A stretch of DNA of 32,813 nucleotides, taken from positions 1 through 32,813 of IMG/VR virus record IMGVR_UViG_3300030330_003569; one strand, written 5' to 3'. Below are positions 7,803 to 16,097 of the stretch, piece after piece. The stretch comes from a virus (taxonomy: Duplodnaviria > Caudoviricetes). Position numbers and translations under genes: made by a program. Below the pieces are notes generated by a model that had not been told where the DNA came from, did no database searches, and saw only the letters and a program-made list of their open reading frames with translations. Position 1 is the stretch's first letter; every line of letters begins with the position of its first letter.

Positions 7803-9131
7803 TTATGGCCCCAAATTGGTTTGAGTGCCTGTAGCGGCGTCTGAATGGCCTAAACCAAAAAACTCAAGATTTTTATTGCACCGTTTAATATCAATTGGCA
7901 TTGGGTGACCTGTCGGCCCTAAGTGCTGTGGTGCATCGCTCTTTACTAAATCTACATACTGTTGTGCAATACCGCGCATATCAAACTTTTTAAGTAAATG
8001 CAGATTATTTTCTTTTACACGCAACCACCAATCTTTATTGTAGTGTGCTTCTTCAATTAACTGTGCAAACACTTTTGGCTCGCAATTTGCAGGTATCGGT
8101 ATATAATTATGATGTGAAAGGAATATGCTACTGTTTTTCATACCCCAATCTGTTGCCATCGGCACGGCACCACAAATTATTGCCTCTATAGTAGTGCGGT
8201 TAAAGTGAGCTCCATACGCTGCGTACTTTTTACTGAAGCTAGGATCTATTTGTAACCTTACTTTTTTAAGGTGACTAAACACTTCTTCACTTGGTAACGT
8301 GCCTTTATAATCCATACCACGAGCTAACGCTTCATCCCAAATACGCTCGCCTGTTTCTGGGTTAAAGTATTGTGGCTTGCATTTATCTTTACTGGTCATG
8401 TAGCGATATTCTATCCCTGCACCACCTACGATCATTTTATTTAAGATATCCCAGCGTGGCTGGACGCCCACTTTACCAATATGTGGTATTGCACGTATTA
8501 ATGTATCTACACGTTTCCACGCTTTAAAAACTTGAATAGCAGCAAAACCGTTTCTATTATGGAAGTCTGTCCAACCATCTGCTATTTTAGTATCAAAAGG
8601 GTTTAATATCAATTTACGTGGCATAGCCAGCATTTGTCCACTGTTCATAGCACTTTCATGCACACAGACTGCCGCGTGAAAGTGATCAGCTACATGGTTA
8701 AGATGTGGGTACAACTGAGGTAAATTGCCATCATGGATAATAGCTATATTTTTACTACCATGATCGTATAACTTTGTCCACTCATGTATACCTTTATTTT
8801 CCTTATTAAGAGTAGGTACAGGGATGTGCCACAATACTGCGTCGTATTTAGAACAACGTTCTTTAAATGCCCATCGCGCACCTGTTTCTAAATAAGGTAC
8901 TCGGGGTAAACCGTACCACCCTTTTGCTTGATGAAACTCAAAGCCGGTACCATATCTACGGTATTGGTCAATATCTTTTGGTTTTCGTATAGCACCAATC
9001 TTATATTTTGGTACCAGCATACGAAAATCAACTTCATGCCCAAGTATTCGTAACCCTCGGGCAAGGTGTTCTGCATGGTTGATTATGCCGCCATAATCTT
9101 GTATCTGATATAAAGTCATCAGGAACTTCAT
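7803..9131 (-). CDS. GT-B fold (GT4-like) glycosyltransferase, probably DNA-acting
   Basis: N-terminal GGIINHAEHLARGLRILGHEV, WKRVDTLIRAI, and C-terminal HFNRTTIEAIICGAVPM. RBS AAGGAG. Confidence 0.85.
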   Translation of the reverse strand: MKFLMTLYQIQDYGGIINHAEHLARGLRILGHEVDFRMLVPKYKIGAIRKPKDIDQYRRYGTGFEFHQAKGWYGLPRVPYLETGARWAFKERCSKYDAVLWHIPVPTLNKENKGIHEWTKLYDHGSKNIAIIHDGNLPQLYPHLNHVADHFHAAVCVHESAMNSGQMLAMPRKLILNPFDTKIADGWTDFHNRNGFAAIQVFKAWKRVDTLIRAIPHIGKVGVQPRWDILNKMIVGGAGIEYRYMTSKDKCKPQYFNPETGERIWDEALARGMDYKGTLPSEEVFSHLKKVRLQIDPSFSKKYAAYGAHFNRTTIEAIICGAVPMATDWGMKNSSIFLSHHNYIPIPANCEPKVFAQLIEEAHYNKDWWLRVKENNLHLLKKFDMRGIAQQYVDLVKSDAPQHLGPTGHPMPIDIKRCNKNLEFFGLGHSDAATGTQTNLGP

Positions 9132-9199
9132 TCTACGCTCCTTTGGTTAATGTTTTATTAGTTTCAACTATAGCCTTAACAAAGACTAGGTTTATTTTC

Positions 9200-10102
9200 T
9201 CAGTAAACTGGCCCTTCAAGCACATCCCATCGTGCCGCGTTAGAATCGTAAACACTGCGCGGCCTACCCTGTCCTAACCGCACTCGTTCATATTTATCCC
9301 ATTCACATAAACTGTGTTCAATACATCGCATATCAACGTGTTCTGCAGGAGTATCAGAGTTTAAATAATCATCTTTAACGGCTAGTAATGCTATCATTTC
9401 TTCATTGGCTTGGTTTTGCTGCATTCCTTTTTTAAGGTCTCTCCCATATATACGGTTCAAACCACGTACTGCTCCAGGACCAGCGTTAGCCCATGAGTAA
9501 CGATCTATTGCGTCCTTTAACACAGGTGTATAATTTAAATCAGTTACGACTTCATAAGCCATAAATCCCCCACCACCCCATCCTTTATAATTACGCATAG
9601 CGGTATGTGTCAAACGTAATGATTTACTGCTTACAGCAATATCTGCTAACTCATCTTTTACTTCCCAAATTGGTGTAAGGAAGTGATCAACCACAACCTC
9701 TGACTTACGCATCTTTAATCCTTGGTTAGTAATGATGTAAGCACCTGTAAATGTTCTCAGTTTATGTGAAAGCCTAAACTCTATAAAATCTTTAGCACGT
9801 TTAGGATCCCATTTATCGTATACCCACTCATGATCTGCGGCAAACTCTGTCGTACCAATCATACGAAATAAGCAACAATTAAATAGTATCTCACCAAAAG
9901 GACGATTATCATTGGGTTTAGTAAAATTTTCGCGCATCCAAATAGTTACACGGTCATTTTCACGGAAAGGGTTGGTAAACTTATACTCCTGCAATATTTG
10001 GTCTTCAGTCCAAGGAGGGGGATTACCCCCCACCCTGCGCCGATAAATAGCATGACGTTCGTTAATCCACCCAAAGTATCTTTCTACAGCCTTGGTATCC
10101 AT
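9200..10102 (-). CDS. 5-hmdU DNA kinase, helical (aGPT-Pplase1) family
   Basis: YFGWINERHAIYRRR..G.PPPWTEDQILQEYKFTNPFRENDRVT, GGFMAYEVVTDL, AGPGAVRGLNRI and IEHSLCEWDKY are hallmark motifs of this family. Confidence 0.88.
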   Translation of the reverse strand: MDTKAVERYFGWINERHAIYRRRVGGNPPPWTEDQILQEYKFTNPFRENDRVTIWMRENFTKPNDNRPFGEILFNCCLFRMIGTTEFAADHEWVYDKWDPKRAKDFIEFRLSHKLRTFTGAYIITNQGLKMRKSEVVVDHFLTPIWEVKDELADIAVSSKSLRLTHTAMRNYKGWGGGGFMAYEVVTDLNYTPVLKDAIDRYSWANAGPGAVRGLNRIYGRDLKKGMQQNQANEEMIALLAVKDDYLNSDTPAEHVDMRCIEHSLCEWDKYERVRLGQGRPRSVYDSNAARWDVLEGPVY

Positions 10103-10105
10103 AGC

Positions 10106-10687
10106 TTATTCCTGTAACATGATAGCACCGACGTTAATGGCTATCTTAATATCTACACCACCTCCTGGAGCTTTGTCAAGTAAACGCAACTGTTCAAGAG
10201 CTTCACCCACAGTACCGCACGACATTACAATCTGCATATTGCGGTAACGATTTGTACCAGCCCGAATAGGAGGTTCATCCATTATACAAATAATTTTGGC
10301 ATCCTTATTAAAACGTGGCCGAGTTTGGGTCTCAGCTTTAGCTGCGGCGGGGGCATCAAGAGTAATGACTTCTGCACTTGTTGGCATTTGATTTTCCTTA
10401 CTAGAGTTGTAAAAAACTGCCTTTCTGCGAGTCAGCTCATGTATTTGATTTGCGGCATGAGTATGACTTGCAAACTTCTTTGGTTCCAAACCAAATGAAC
10501 GCCAGATTGCTGTGAGATCTTGTAGGCTTACAAACTCTTCGAGCTGGCGAGGCGCTTCACCGTTATATACAATGGCATACTCATCAACAGCTTTGCAGGA
10601 CTTCATACTTTTAAGTGTTTTAAACTTAAAGAATCGCCAAGGTGGGCCATTAGATGTTGGTATACCTTCACATATCGCGTAGTACAT
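10106..10687 (-). CDS. Hypothetical two-domain protein, possibly DNA-binding
   Basis: 193 aa with an Ala/Pro linker and a C-terminal P.RAGT.R...TVGE...GG..D...G.I domain that may be winged-helix-like (inference). RBS AGAAAGGGG. Confidence 0.7.
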   Translation of the reverse strand: MYYAICEGIPTSNGPPWRFFKFKTLKSMKSCKAVDEYAIVYNGEAPRQLEEFVSLQDLTAIWRSFGLEPKKFASHTHAANQIHELTRRKAVFYNSSKENQMPTSAEVITLDAPAAAKAETQTRPRFNKDAKIICIMDEPPIRAGTNRYRNMQIVMSCGTVGEALEQLRLLDKAPGGGVDIKIAINVGAIMLQE

Positions 10688-10710
10688 TTTTTCCCCTTTC
10701 TACGGAAATA

Positions 10711-10743
10711 CGGCACGGTTCATTATAGTTATGAACCGTGCCG
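10711..10743. repeat. Perfect 13-bp inverted repeat (operator and/or terminator) enclosing a -10 box
   Basis: CGGCACGGTTCAT-TATAGTT-ATGAACCGTGCCG. Confidence 0.9.
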
Positions 10744-10759
10744 CAACAAGTGTTATTTT
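10722..10759 (-). promoter_or_regulatory. Promoter P4 for the modification operon: TTGTTG, 16 bp, TATAAT
   Basis: Minus strand reads AAAATAACACTTGTTG-CGGCACGGTTCATAAC-TATAAT. Confidence 0.55.
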
Positions 10760-10761
10760 AT

Positions 10762-11790
10762 CTAAGCTACTTCTGCGTATTGAATAGCTTTAGTCAGTGC
10801 TTTACGTTTTAAATTTGCACCAGAGCCAAACCATGCAGAATGCAAAGCATTACCCTCAGCCATGGATTTTTTCTGGTGATCAACCACATAAGTCACACCA
10901 TTTAGTGCGCCCCACCATGTACCACGAGCGGAAGCCATATCTGCTCCTGGACTGGTTTCCACTGCCTCATGTACAAGTTCTGCCGTGCGCGAAAACTCTT
11001 GGTGCAACGGAGGTAAGGCATCTGGGTTAGGTGCTTTAGCTCGCTCAATCAGTAAGTTAGGTTGTAGCAGCTCAGCAATAAAGTTACTCACATCGAAATC
11101 TTTAGCGCGTTTACCAGCTAAAAACTCAGACTGCTCTTTGAAGTTTTGCATTTGGTGACCACTGATACCTAAAGCTTCCTCTGCGGCTTTATGGATCTCC
11201 TCATCGAACATTTGTAAGTGCAATACACGGAAGCGTGAACCTTCCATGTTCAGTGCCATAGTAAGTGTATTGTTGCAGACAACACGTATTGGCGTAAACA
11301 TAACCGTCATCGCTTTGCCTACTTGGTGGCTGTTGTTCAACAACAAATAACCACCTACTTCATCTTTGCCAGCGATTGCAAACTTATCTGTAAGTTTAGC
11401 CAGCCCCCAGATATCTTTGCCTTCTTTTAAGCTACCAGCAGTTTCCATAGTCATTTTTCCTGCTTCGGTAAACTTTTTAAAGAAGTCCATTACTTCTGCA
11501 TTTTGGAAAGGTACATACCCCTCACCGCAATGCGAAAGCACCTTGTTGTCTGAATCACGTACAAGGTAATAACTATCGGGGCAGCGTAAAAAACTTGCCT
11601 CGCTAGTTGGGTCGTTTAAGTTCCACACATCTGGACGATCTGTGGTAAATGCAGGACGCTTGGAAACTGTCCAATCGATCTGCGCGGCTTGTAACATTTG
11701 TTCTGGAGACATAGTGTCATCGACTTGTTTACCTAGTCCATGCCACGGTACGGCTCCTGCGTAAGCCATTGTTTCAACTTCATGTGCCAT
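10762..11790 (-). CDS. DUF932/DUF945 (TIGR03299 phage/plasmid-like) protein
   Basis: MAHEVETMAY.G.VPWHGLG, ETAGSL..G, YLLL.NSH, FTPIRVVCNNTL, GTWWGALN.VT..VDH, WFG.G..LK.KA. Confidence 0.9.
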   Translation of the reverse strand: MAHEVETMAYAGAVPWHGLGKQVDDTMSPEQMLQAAQIDWTVSKRPAFTTDRPDVWNLNDPTSEASFLRCPDSYYLVRDSDNKVLSHCGEGYVPFQNAEVMDFFKKFTEAGKMTMETAGSLKEGKDIWGLAKLTDKFAIAGKDEVGGYLLLNNSHQVGKAMTVMFTPIRVVCNNTLTMALNMEGSRFRVLHLQMFDEEIHKAAEEALGISGHQMQNFKEQSEFLAGKRAKDFDVSNFIAELLQPNLLIERAKAPNPDALPPLHQEFSRTAELVHEAVETSPGADMASARGTWWGALNGVTYVVDHQKKSMAEGNALHSAWFGSGANLKRKALTKAIQYAEVA

Positions 11791-11808
11791 GATTACCCCT
11801 TTCTCTGG

Positions 11809-12069
11809 TTAGTGTGTTGGCATATCTATAGTTGGTAGCGACTCATACCCTTCGTAAGAAACATCGAGCCACACTTTAGTTTCTGGGCCTACCATTAGGC
11901 CCACACGCATCTCCACTTGGTTATGGTCCATAGCCATAAATACTGGAAACACGAGGTCGTCTTCGAGGTTTGCAACAAAATTTGTTTCTAATGAACGATT
12001 GCGCCCCTCTTGTATCGCTTCATTGTTAGCTGTAACTAAACTGCTTTTATCGAAATATTTAATCTGCAC
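11809..12069 (-). CDS. Hypothetical protein (86 aa)
   Basis: GTG start with AGAAAGGAG RBS, downstream of promoter P3. Confidence 0.75.
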   Translation of the reverse strand: MQIKYFDKSSLVTANNEAIQEGRNRSLETNFVANLEDDLVFPVFMAMDHNQVEMRVGLMVGPETKVWLDVSYEGYESLPTIDMPTH

Positions 12070-12104
12070 TGGCTACTCCTTTCTACATTTGCCTGTAACA
12101 CCTA

Positions 12105-12144
12105 AACATACCACAGCCATTTAACTTGATAAGTCTTTTTTGTT
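12105..12144 (-). promoter_or_regulatory. Phage promoter P3: A-tract, TTATCA, 16 bp, extended -10 TGG-TATGTT
   Basis: Minus strand reads AACAAAAAAGACTTATCA-AGTTAAATGGCTGTGG-TATGTT. Confidence 0.7.
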
Positions 12145-13661
12145 CAGTAAGGTATAGAGTATCCTTGGCTAAACATTGGGTGTATCAAATGCAACCGTTC
12201 AGTAGCACGTGTCAACCCTACATAAAACACTCTAGCTTCATCATCTATATAACCATCAAGTTTACGCCACATACTATAGGGTCGACGCATAGTATCAGTT
12301 AGCAACATTACATTCGTTGCCTGAGCTCCTTTAGCAGAATGAATAGTAGATATCCTAATCCTTGGTGTTTCAGTAAGACTCTCGCCTTTACGCAAACAGG
12401 CTTTGATATATGTGCGGTCACGCTCACTTATTTTACCTAACCCCACATCCCAAGGGTGGCTATGTAATAATCCATGATCGCGCTGTAAATCTTCTAAAGT
12501 ATAAAACACCCCTTCCTGACCATCGGGCATTGTTTTATAACCATATGTTATTTGGGAGTTTAGGAGCATCTGTTTGTAGACCAGTTTAACTTGATCAACA
12601 GTTAACCGATTGCCTTCACGCAAATGCTCCCAAAGTCGGACTGCCTCTAACACCTTACTATCAATGCTTTTACTTCCATTGTAAATATATAAATGCCCAC
12701 GTCGCCGTACTTCTTCTTCTATTTGCTGCGCTCCACGTGTTGTCCTACTTAGTAATAGCCACTCACCATTACCCAAATCTACCTCTTCAGAATGACGATG
12801 CCAACATATCTCGCCTGTATCTTCTCTTGGTTCAAATATTTTTTCCCTGCGCCCCACTACTCGGTTGATAATTTTTTTACTTAAATCATGGTGGCTTCCT
12901 GGAATACGATAAGATTTATCTAACAGAGTAACATTACCTTCCAGACCGACAAAATAATTTACATCAGCCCCAGCATATCTAAAAATGGCTTGGTCATCAT
13001 CACCAGCTATGTAACAAATCTTACAATATTGTTCTAATAAATGCACCATTTCCCACTGGATAGGTGATAAATCTTGTGCTTCATCTATAAAAACAACTTC
13101 TAGTCTTGGTGCTAACTGTCTATCTATAAACAGTTCAAGCATTCCAGCATAATCTTGCAAACCATAACTCGTTTTCCAATGCTCTATACCTCTCGCCACA
13201 TACTCAACACGCGCCCAATCTGTTTTTAAAGGTACGATACTATCTTTATATGTTTGTTTAAGTGGTTGTCGTAAAATGCGAGAAATATTTATAAGTTCTA
13301 AAAACTTATCTCCATAGCCAAAATCTTTATATGGGCCTTGTTCTGTGGGTGAACCTGTATAAAACTTGCCAATCTTTAACCAATCAGCTACTTCTTGATA
13401 TTTTTCTGGCGTCATAATTTGTGAAGTATGTAATCCTGCTTGCATAAATGCTAAACTATGAAGTGTACGAAAGTACGGTAACTCTTTTTTACTGAGGTTA
13501 AACTTTTTTGCTGCTCGCGTAATGGCTTCATCCGCTGCACGTCTAGTAAATGCAAAATAACCTATTTTATCTGGTGGTACTCCAGACGATAAATACTCTT
13601 CTACCAAAGCTAAAAGTTTAGTAGTCTTACCTGTTCCGGGAGGTCCTAATACAATTTCCAT
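12144..13661 (-). CDS. UvrD/Rep-type superfamily 1 DNA helicase
   Basis: GPPGTGKTT, FTRRAA, RTLHS, IDEAQD, GDDDQAIF, SYR, STIHSAKG, YVGLTRA. Confidence 0.95.
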   Translation of the reverse strand: MEIVLGPPGTGKTTKLLALVEEYLSSGVPPDKIGYFAFTRRAADEAITRAAKKFNLSKKELPYFRTLHSLAFMQAGLHTSQIMTPEKYQEVADWLKIGKFYTGSPTEQGPYKDFGYGDKFLELINISRILRQPLKQTYKDSIVPLKTDWARVEYVARGIEHWKTSYGLQDYAGMLELFIDRQLAPRLEVVFIDEAQDLSPIQWEMVHLLEQYCKICYIAGDDDQAIFRYAGADVNYFVGLEGNVTLLDKSYRIPGSHHDLSKKIINRVVGRREKIFEPREDTGEICWHRHSEEVDLGNGEWLLLSRTTRGAQQIEEEVRRRGHLYIYNGSKSIDSKVLEAVRLWEHLREGNRLTVDQVKLVYKQMLLNSQITYGYKTMPDGQEGVFYTLEDLQRDHGLLHSHPWDVGLGKISERDRTYIKACLRKGESLTETPRIRISTIHSAKGAQATNVMLLTDTMRRPYSMWRKLDGYIDDEARVFYVGLTRATERLHLIHPMFSQGYSIPY

Positions 13662-15184
13662 TATATTACTTCACCACTAGCAGGGAGATTAGGTAACGGT
13701 ATAGGTGAATCAAGTGTTTGAAAAAACTCTTGTGGCAATGACCAAACATGAACACCCTTCCCGCGTACTCTCCAAAACATTTTTTCTGCTTTAATATCTT
13801 GTAAGCGGAGAGTTATTTTATTAGAAGTATAGTGGTTGAATTCATTCACCGACAAATGTTTTTTAAGGTCTTTTACTTGGAAAAACACTCTATCCTCTGA
13901 CCAAACAGCAACACCTTGTAATATATCTTCGCGCTCTTCACCCTTTGCACGTTCACAACAAAACGCATGGAGTAAATCTTCAAACTCACCTTTAATTGTA
14001 GCATCGGGAGGCACTTCTACGATTGTTAAATTATCTAACAAAAGTTGTATTCTTGTCTGCCATGTACGAGAATTTACTGTGATTGGAAATTTATTTATTT
14101 GCGATACACATTCTTTTTGAAATTGTGATTGTGCCGTTAAACCATTTGTAGAGAGTTCTACTCTTTCACCATCTACATTTAATATCCATATAGGTGGGTC
14201 GCCATCTATTTTAGTTAGGCTAGACATATCATTGCCTACACCTGTTGGTCCAACCCCGTACTTGCGGAATTTACAAACCTCTTTATCACAAAATGGTTTT
14301 ATTGGTTGGTCTTCACATTTATAAAAATATTCTTTTTTCTTAAGTTGTCGTATTACTGTTCCAACTTCATTATGACTTAATGGTGGGTGTAAATAATCCA
14401 TATTGTAGCGTTGGATAAGCGTTTCCCAGTTTTCATCATCAAACATTCGGGCATAAACACCAAGGTTGAATAACGCATTGTTACGTGAGCCTTCGCCAAA
14501 CCCTTTACTACATAGATGTTGTAAGCAAGGTGGCCCTTCCTCTAATACACCTTGTTTAGTTCCAAACGACATATTTAATTTACGGAACTTAGCTGGTGTA
14601 ATCACATATTTATTTGCGTACTCTATAAATTCTTTTGGATCTAATCCTTCACCATTGTCGTCATGTGCATATCTGGTAGATTTATCCCCACCATGATATG
14701 GCATGTTTAAAAAGTTTCCAGTATCTCCACGATCTAATAAAACTTTCCTTTGTTTAGGAAATATCTCACTGCCAGAATGACCAAGTGCGGCACTCAGTTC
14801 TGTCATCTTACGCTGCATATCTTCTGCTTCGATATGCTCAGTTGTAAACATCCATATATGCGCCCCACCTGATTTAGTGCGCCCTACGATAGCAGGAATT
14901 TTATTTTTTCGTAAAACCTGAACTAACTTTTTATGTTCAACATTATAATTATCTATATCGATGGCACCCCAGCGACACATATTATCGCTGCGGATAGGAA
15001 TGATACCTAACCCTGTGCCGCCTTTTAAATGTTCCTCCCACATTTTTACTGTCGGTGGTTCACGTAAAACTTTTGCGGTACCCTGTTTTTTTCCATCACT
15101 CGATCTACTGTTTTTAACAACAAACGTTCCGTGCGCGATGTCGCTACCTTTAAATAAATCGAAAAATTCTTGTGCAAGCGACAT
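13661..15184 (-). CDS. AEP-type primase with PriCT-like domain
   Basis: WGAIDID, RTKSGGAHIW, GNFLNMPY, PPCL, EGSRNNALFN. RBS GGAGGT. TAATG-coupled to the helicase. Confidence 0.85.
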   Translation of the reverse strand: MSLAQEFFDLFKGSDIAHGTFVVKNSRSSDGKKQGTAKVLREPPTVKMWEEHLKGGTGLGIIPIRSDNMCRWGAIDIDNYNVEHKKLVQVLRKNKIPAIVGRTKSGGAHIWMFTTEHIEAEDMQRKMTELSAALGHSGSEIFPKQRKVLLDRGDTGNFLNMPYHGGDKSTRYAHDDNGEGLDPKEFIEYANKYVITPAKFRKLNMSFGTKQGVLEEGPPCLQHLCSKGFGEGSRNNALFNLGVYARMFDDENWETLIQRYNMDYLHPPLSHNEVGTVIRQLKKKEYFYKCEDQPIKPFCDKEVCKFRKYGVGPTGVGNDMSSLTKIDGDPPIWILNVDGERVELSTNGLTAQSQFQKECVSQINKFPITVNSRTWQTRIQLLLDNLTIVEVPPDATIKGEFEDLLHAFCCERAKGEEREDILQGVAVWSEDRVFFQVKDLKKHLSVNEFNHYTSNKITLRLQDIKAEKMFWRVRGKGVHVWSLPQEFFQTLDSPIPLPNLPASGEVI

Positions 15185-15202
15185 TAGTTACCTCCAATAA
15201 AT

Positions 15203-15263
15203 GGCCCTCTGCGCACTTGCAAAATACGCAGAGGACCGCAGTCACAGGGCGATCAACCCCTGT
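15203..15263 (-). terminator. Tandem RNA hairpins between the SSB-like gene and primase (attenuator/terminator)
   Basis: Minus strand GGUCCUCUGCGUAUUU-UGC-AAGUGCGCAGAGGGCC (16 bp including three G-U pairs) followed by AUUUAUU, preceded by an ACAGGG/CCCUGU hairpin. Confidence 0.65.
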
Positions 15264-15272
15264 TTCTGTTCG

Positions 15273-16097
15273 CTACATAACGTCGTTTTTTGTATCTAAC
15301 GGGGGTAAAACTTCCCCTGTTTCTGGGTTTATTGATGTTTCTTTTACTTTAATTTCACCAGCTTTAACTGATTTACCAAAGTCAACAGCTAACTTAAACA
15401 AGTCTTGATCTTCTTCAGCAGATAAATCTAAACCACGTATACGAGTGACCTCCCAACCATACCAGTTGCCTTTATCATTTTGTTCAGGGACAGTAGTAAG
15501 TTTATAAACCTGTGACATTAAAGGTAGAGTATACGTGCCATTAGCTCCTTTAGCTGTAAGGGATTGTGCTTGTGTCAACCATTTACGTGCCTTTTTAAGT
15601 TGTGTAGAGCTCATGGTAATTAGCGCACGTTGTGGCCCTAACTCGGGGTGTAACATCAGCACAAAAAACTGCGCTGTATTACTGAGATAATTACCATTTG
15701 GCAACATATCTTGTCCAGCATCGTTACGTGTAGTAGATTTTACTATATCATCGGTGGGTAAGTAACTGTCTACATAGCCACCACCTTGATCACGTGGTTG
15801 CCATTCTACAAAACGACGATTGTAATGACACGGTATTACACTAATGCCTTCTTCTCCATCGTATACTTCATTTAACACAGTATTAAAAAACATCCCTGCA
15901 TCTGCGCCTTTTACATATGCAGCATCACGTTTATTAACTTGTGGACTAAGTTGCGCTAATACACGTAAAAAAGGGATAGCGAGGTCTTCGCTAGTAGTTT
16001 CTTCAAACCCGTGATGTGCGAACTCTTCAAAACCTTCGTATGCGGTTACTTCTGTAGTTTCTTTTACCGCGACTGCTTTCTTTTGTGCCATGTTCAC
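15273..16097 (-). CDS. Putative single-stranded DNA-binding/annealing protein
   Basis: GFEE...DLAIPFLRVLAQLSPQV, VEWQPR..GGG, ITMSSTQLKKARKW, N.KG.WYGW, acidic C-terminal tail. Typical position in a phage replication block. Confidence 0.65.
   Translation of the reverse strand: MNMAQKKAVAVKETTEVTAYEGFEEFAHHGFEETTSEDLAIPFLRVLAQLSPQVNKRDAAYVKGADAGMFFNTVLNEVYDGEEGISVIPCHYNRRFVEWQPRDQGGGYVDSYLPTDDIVKSTTRNDAGQDMLPNGNYLSNTAQFFVLMLHPELGPQRALITMSSTQLKKARKWLTQAQSLTAKGANGTYTLPLMSQVYKLTTVPEQNDKGNWYGWEVTRIRGLDLSAEEDQDLFKLAVDFGKSVKAGEIKVKETSINPETGEVLPPLDTKNDVM

Noticed and set aside
7750-7803. 17-aa ORF MPYKNKQRNRGGRICGL coupled to the GT stop and overlapping the hydroxymethylase start
   Set aside because: Very short, has no RBS of its own, and its G-run is explained as the hydroxymethylase RBS. 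Chance is sufficient.
6755-9131. T4-style glucosyl-hydroxymethylcytosine pathway
   Set aside because: The TS-family enzyme has Asn, not Asp, at the specificity position, and a 5-hmdU DNA kinase is in the same cassette. Disfavoured, though not excluded without an assay.
9132-9199. Internal promoter before the GT gene
   Set aside because: TATAGT is present, but there is no properly spaced -35 and no match to the promoter family.
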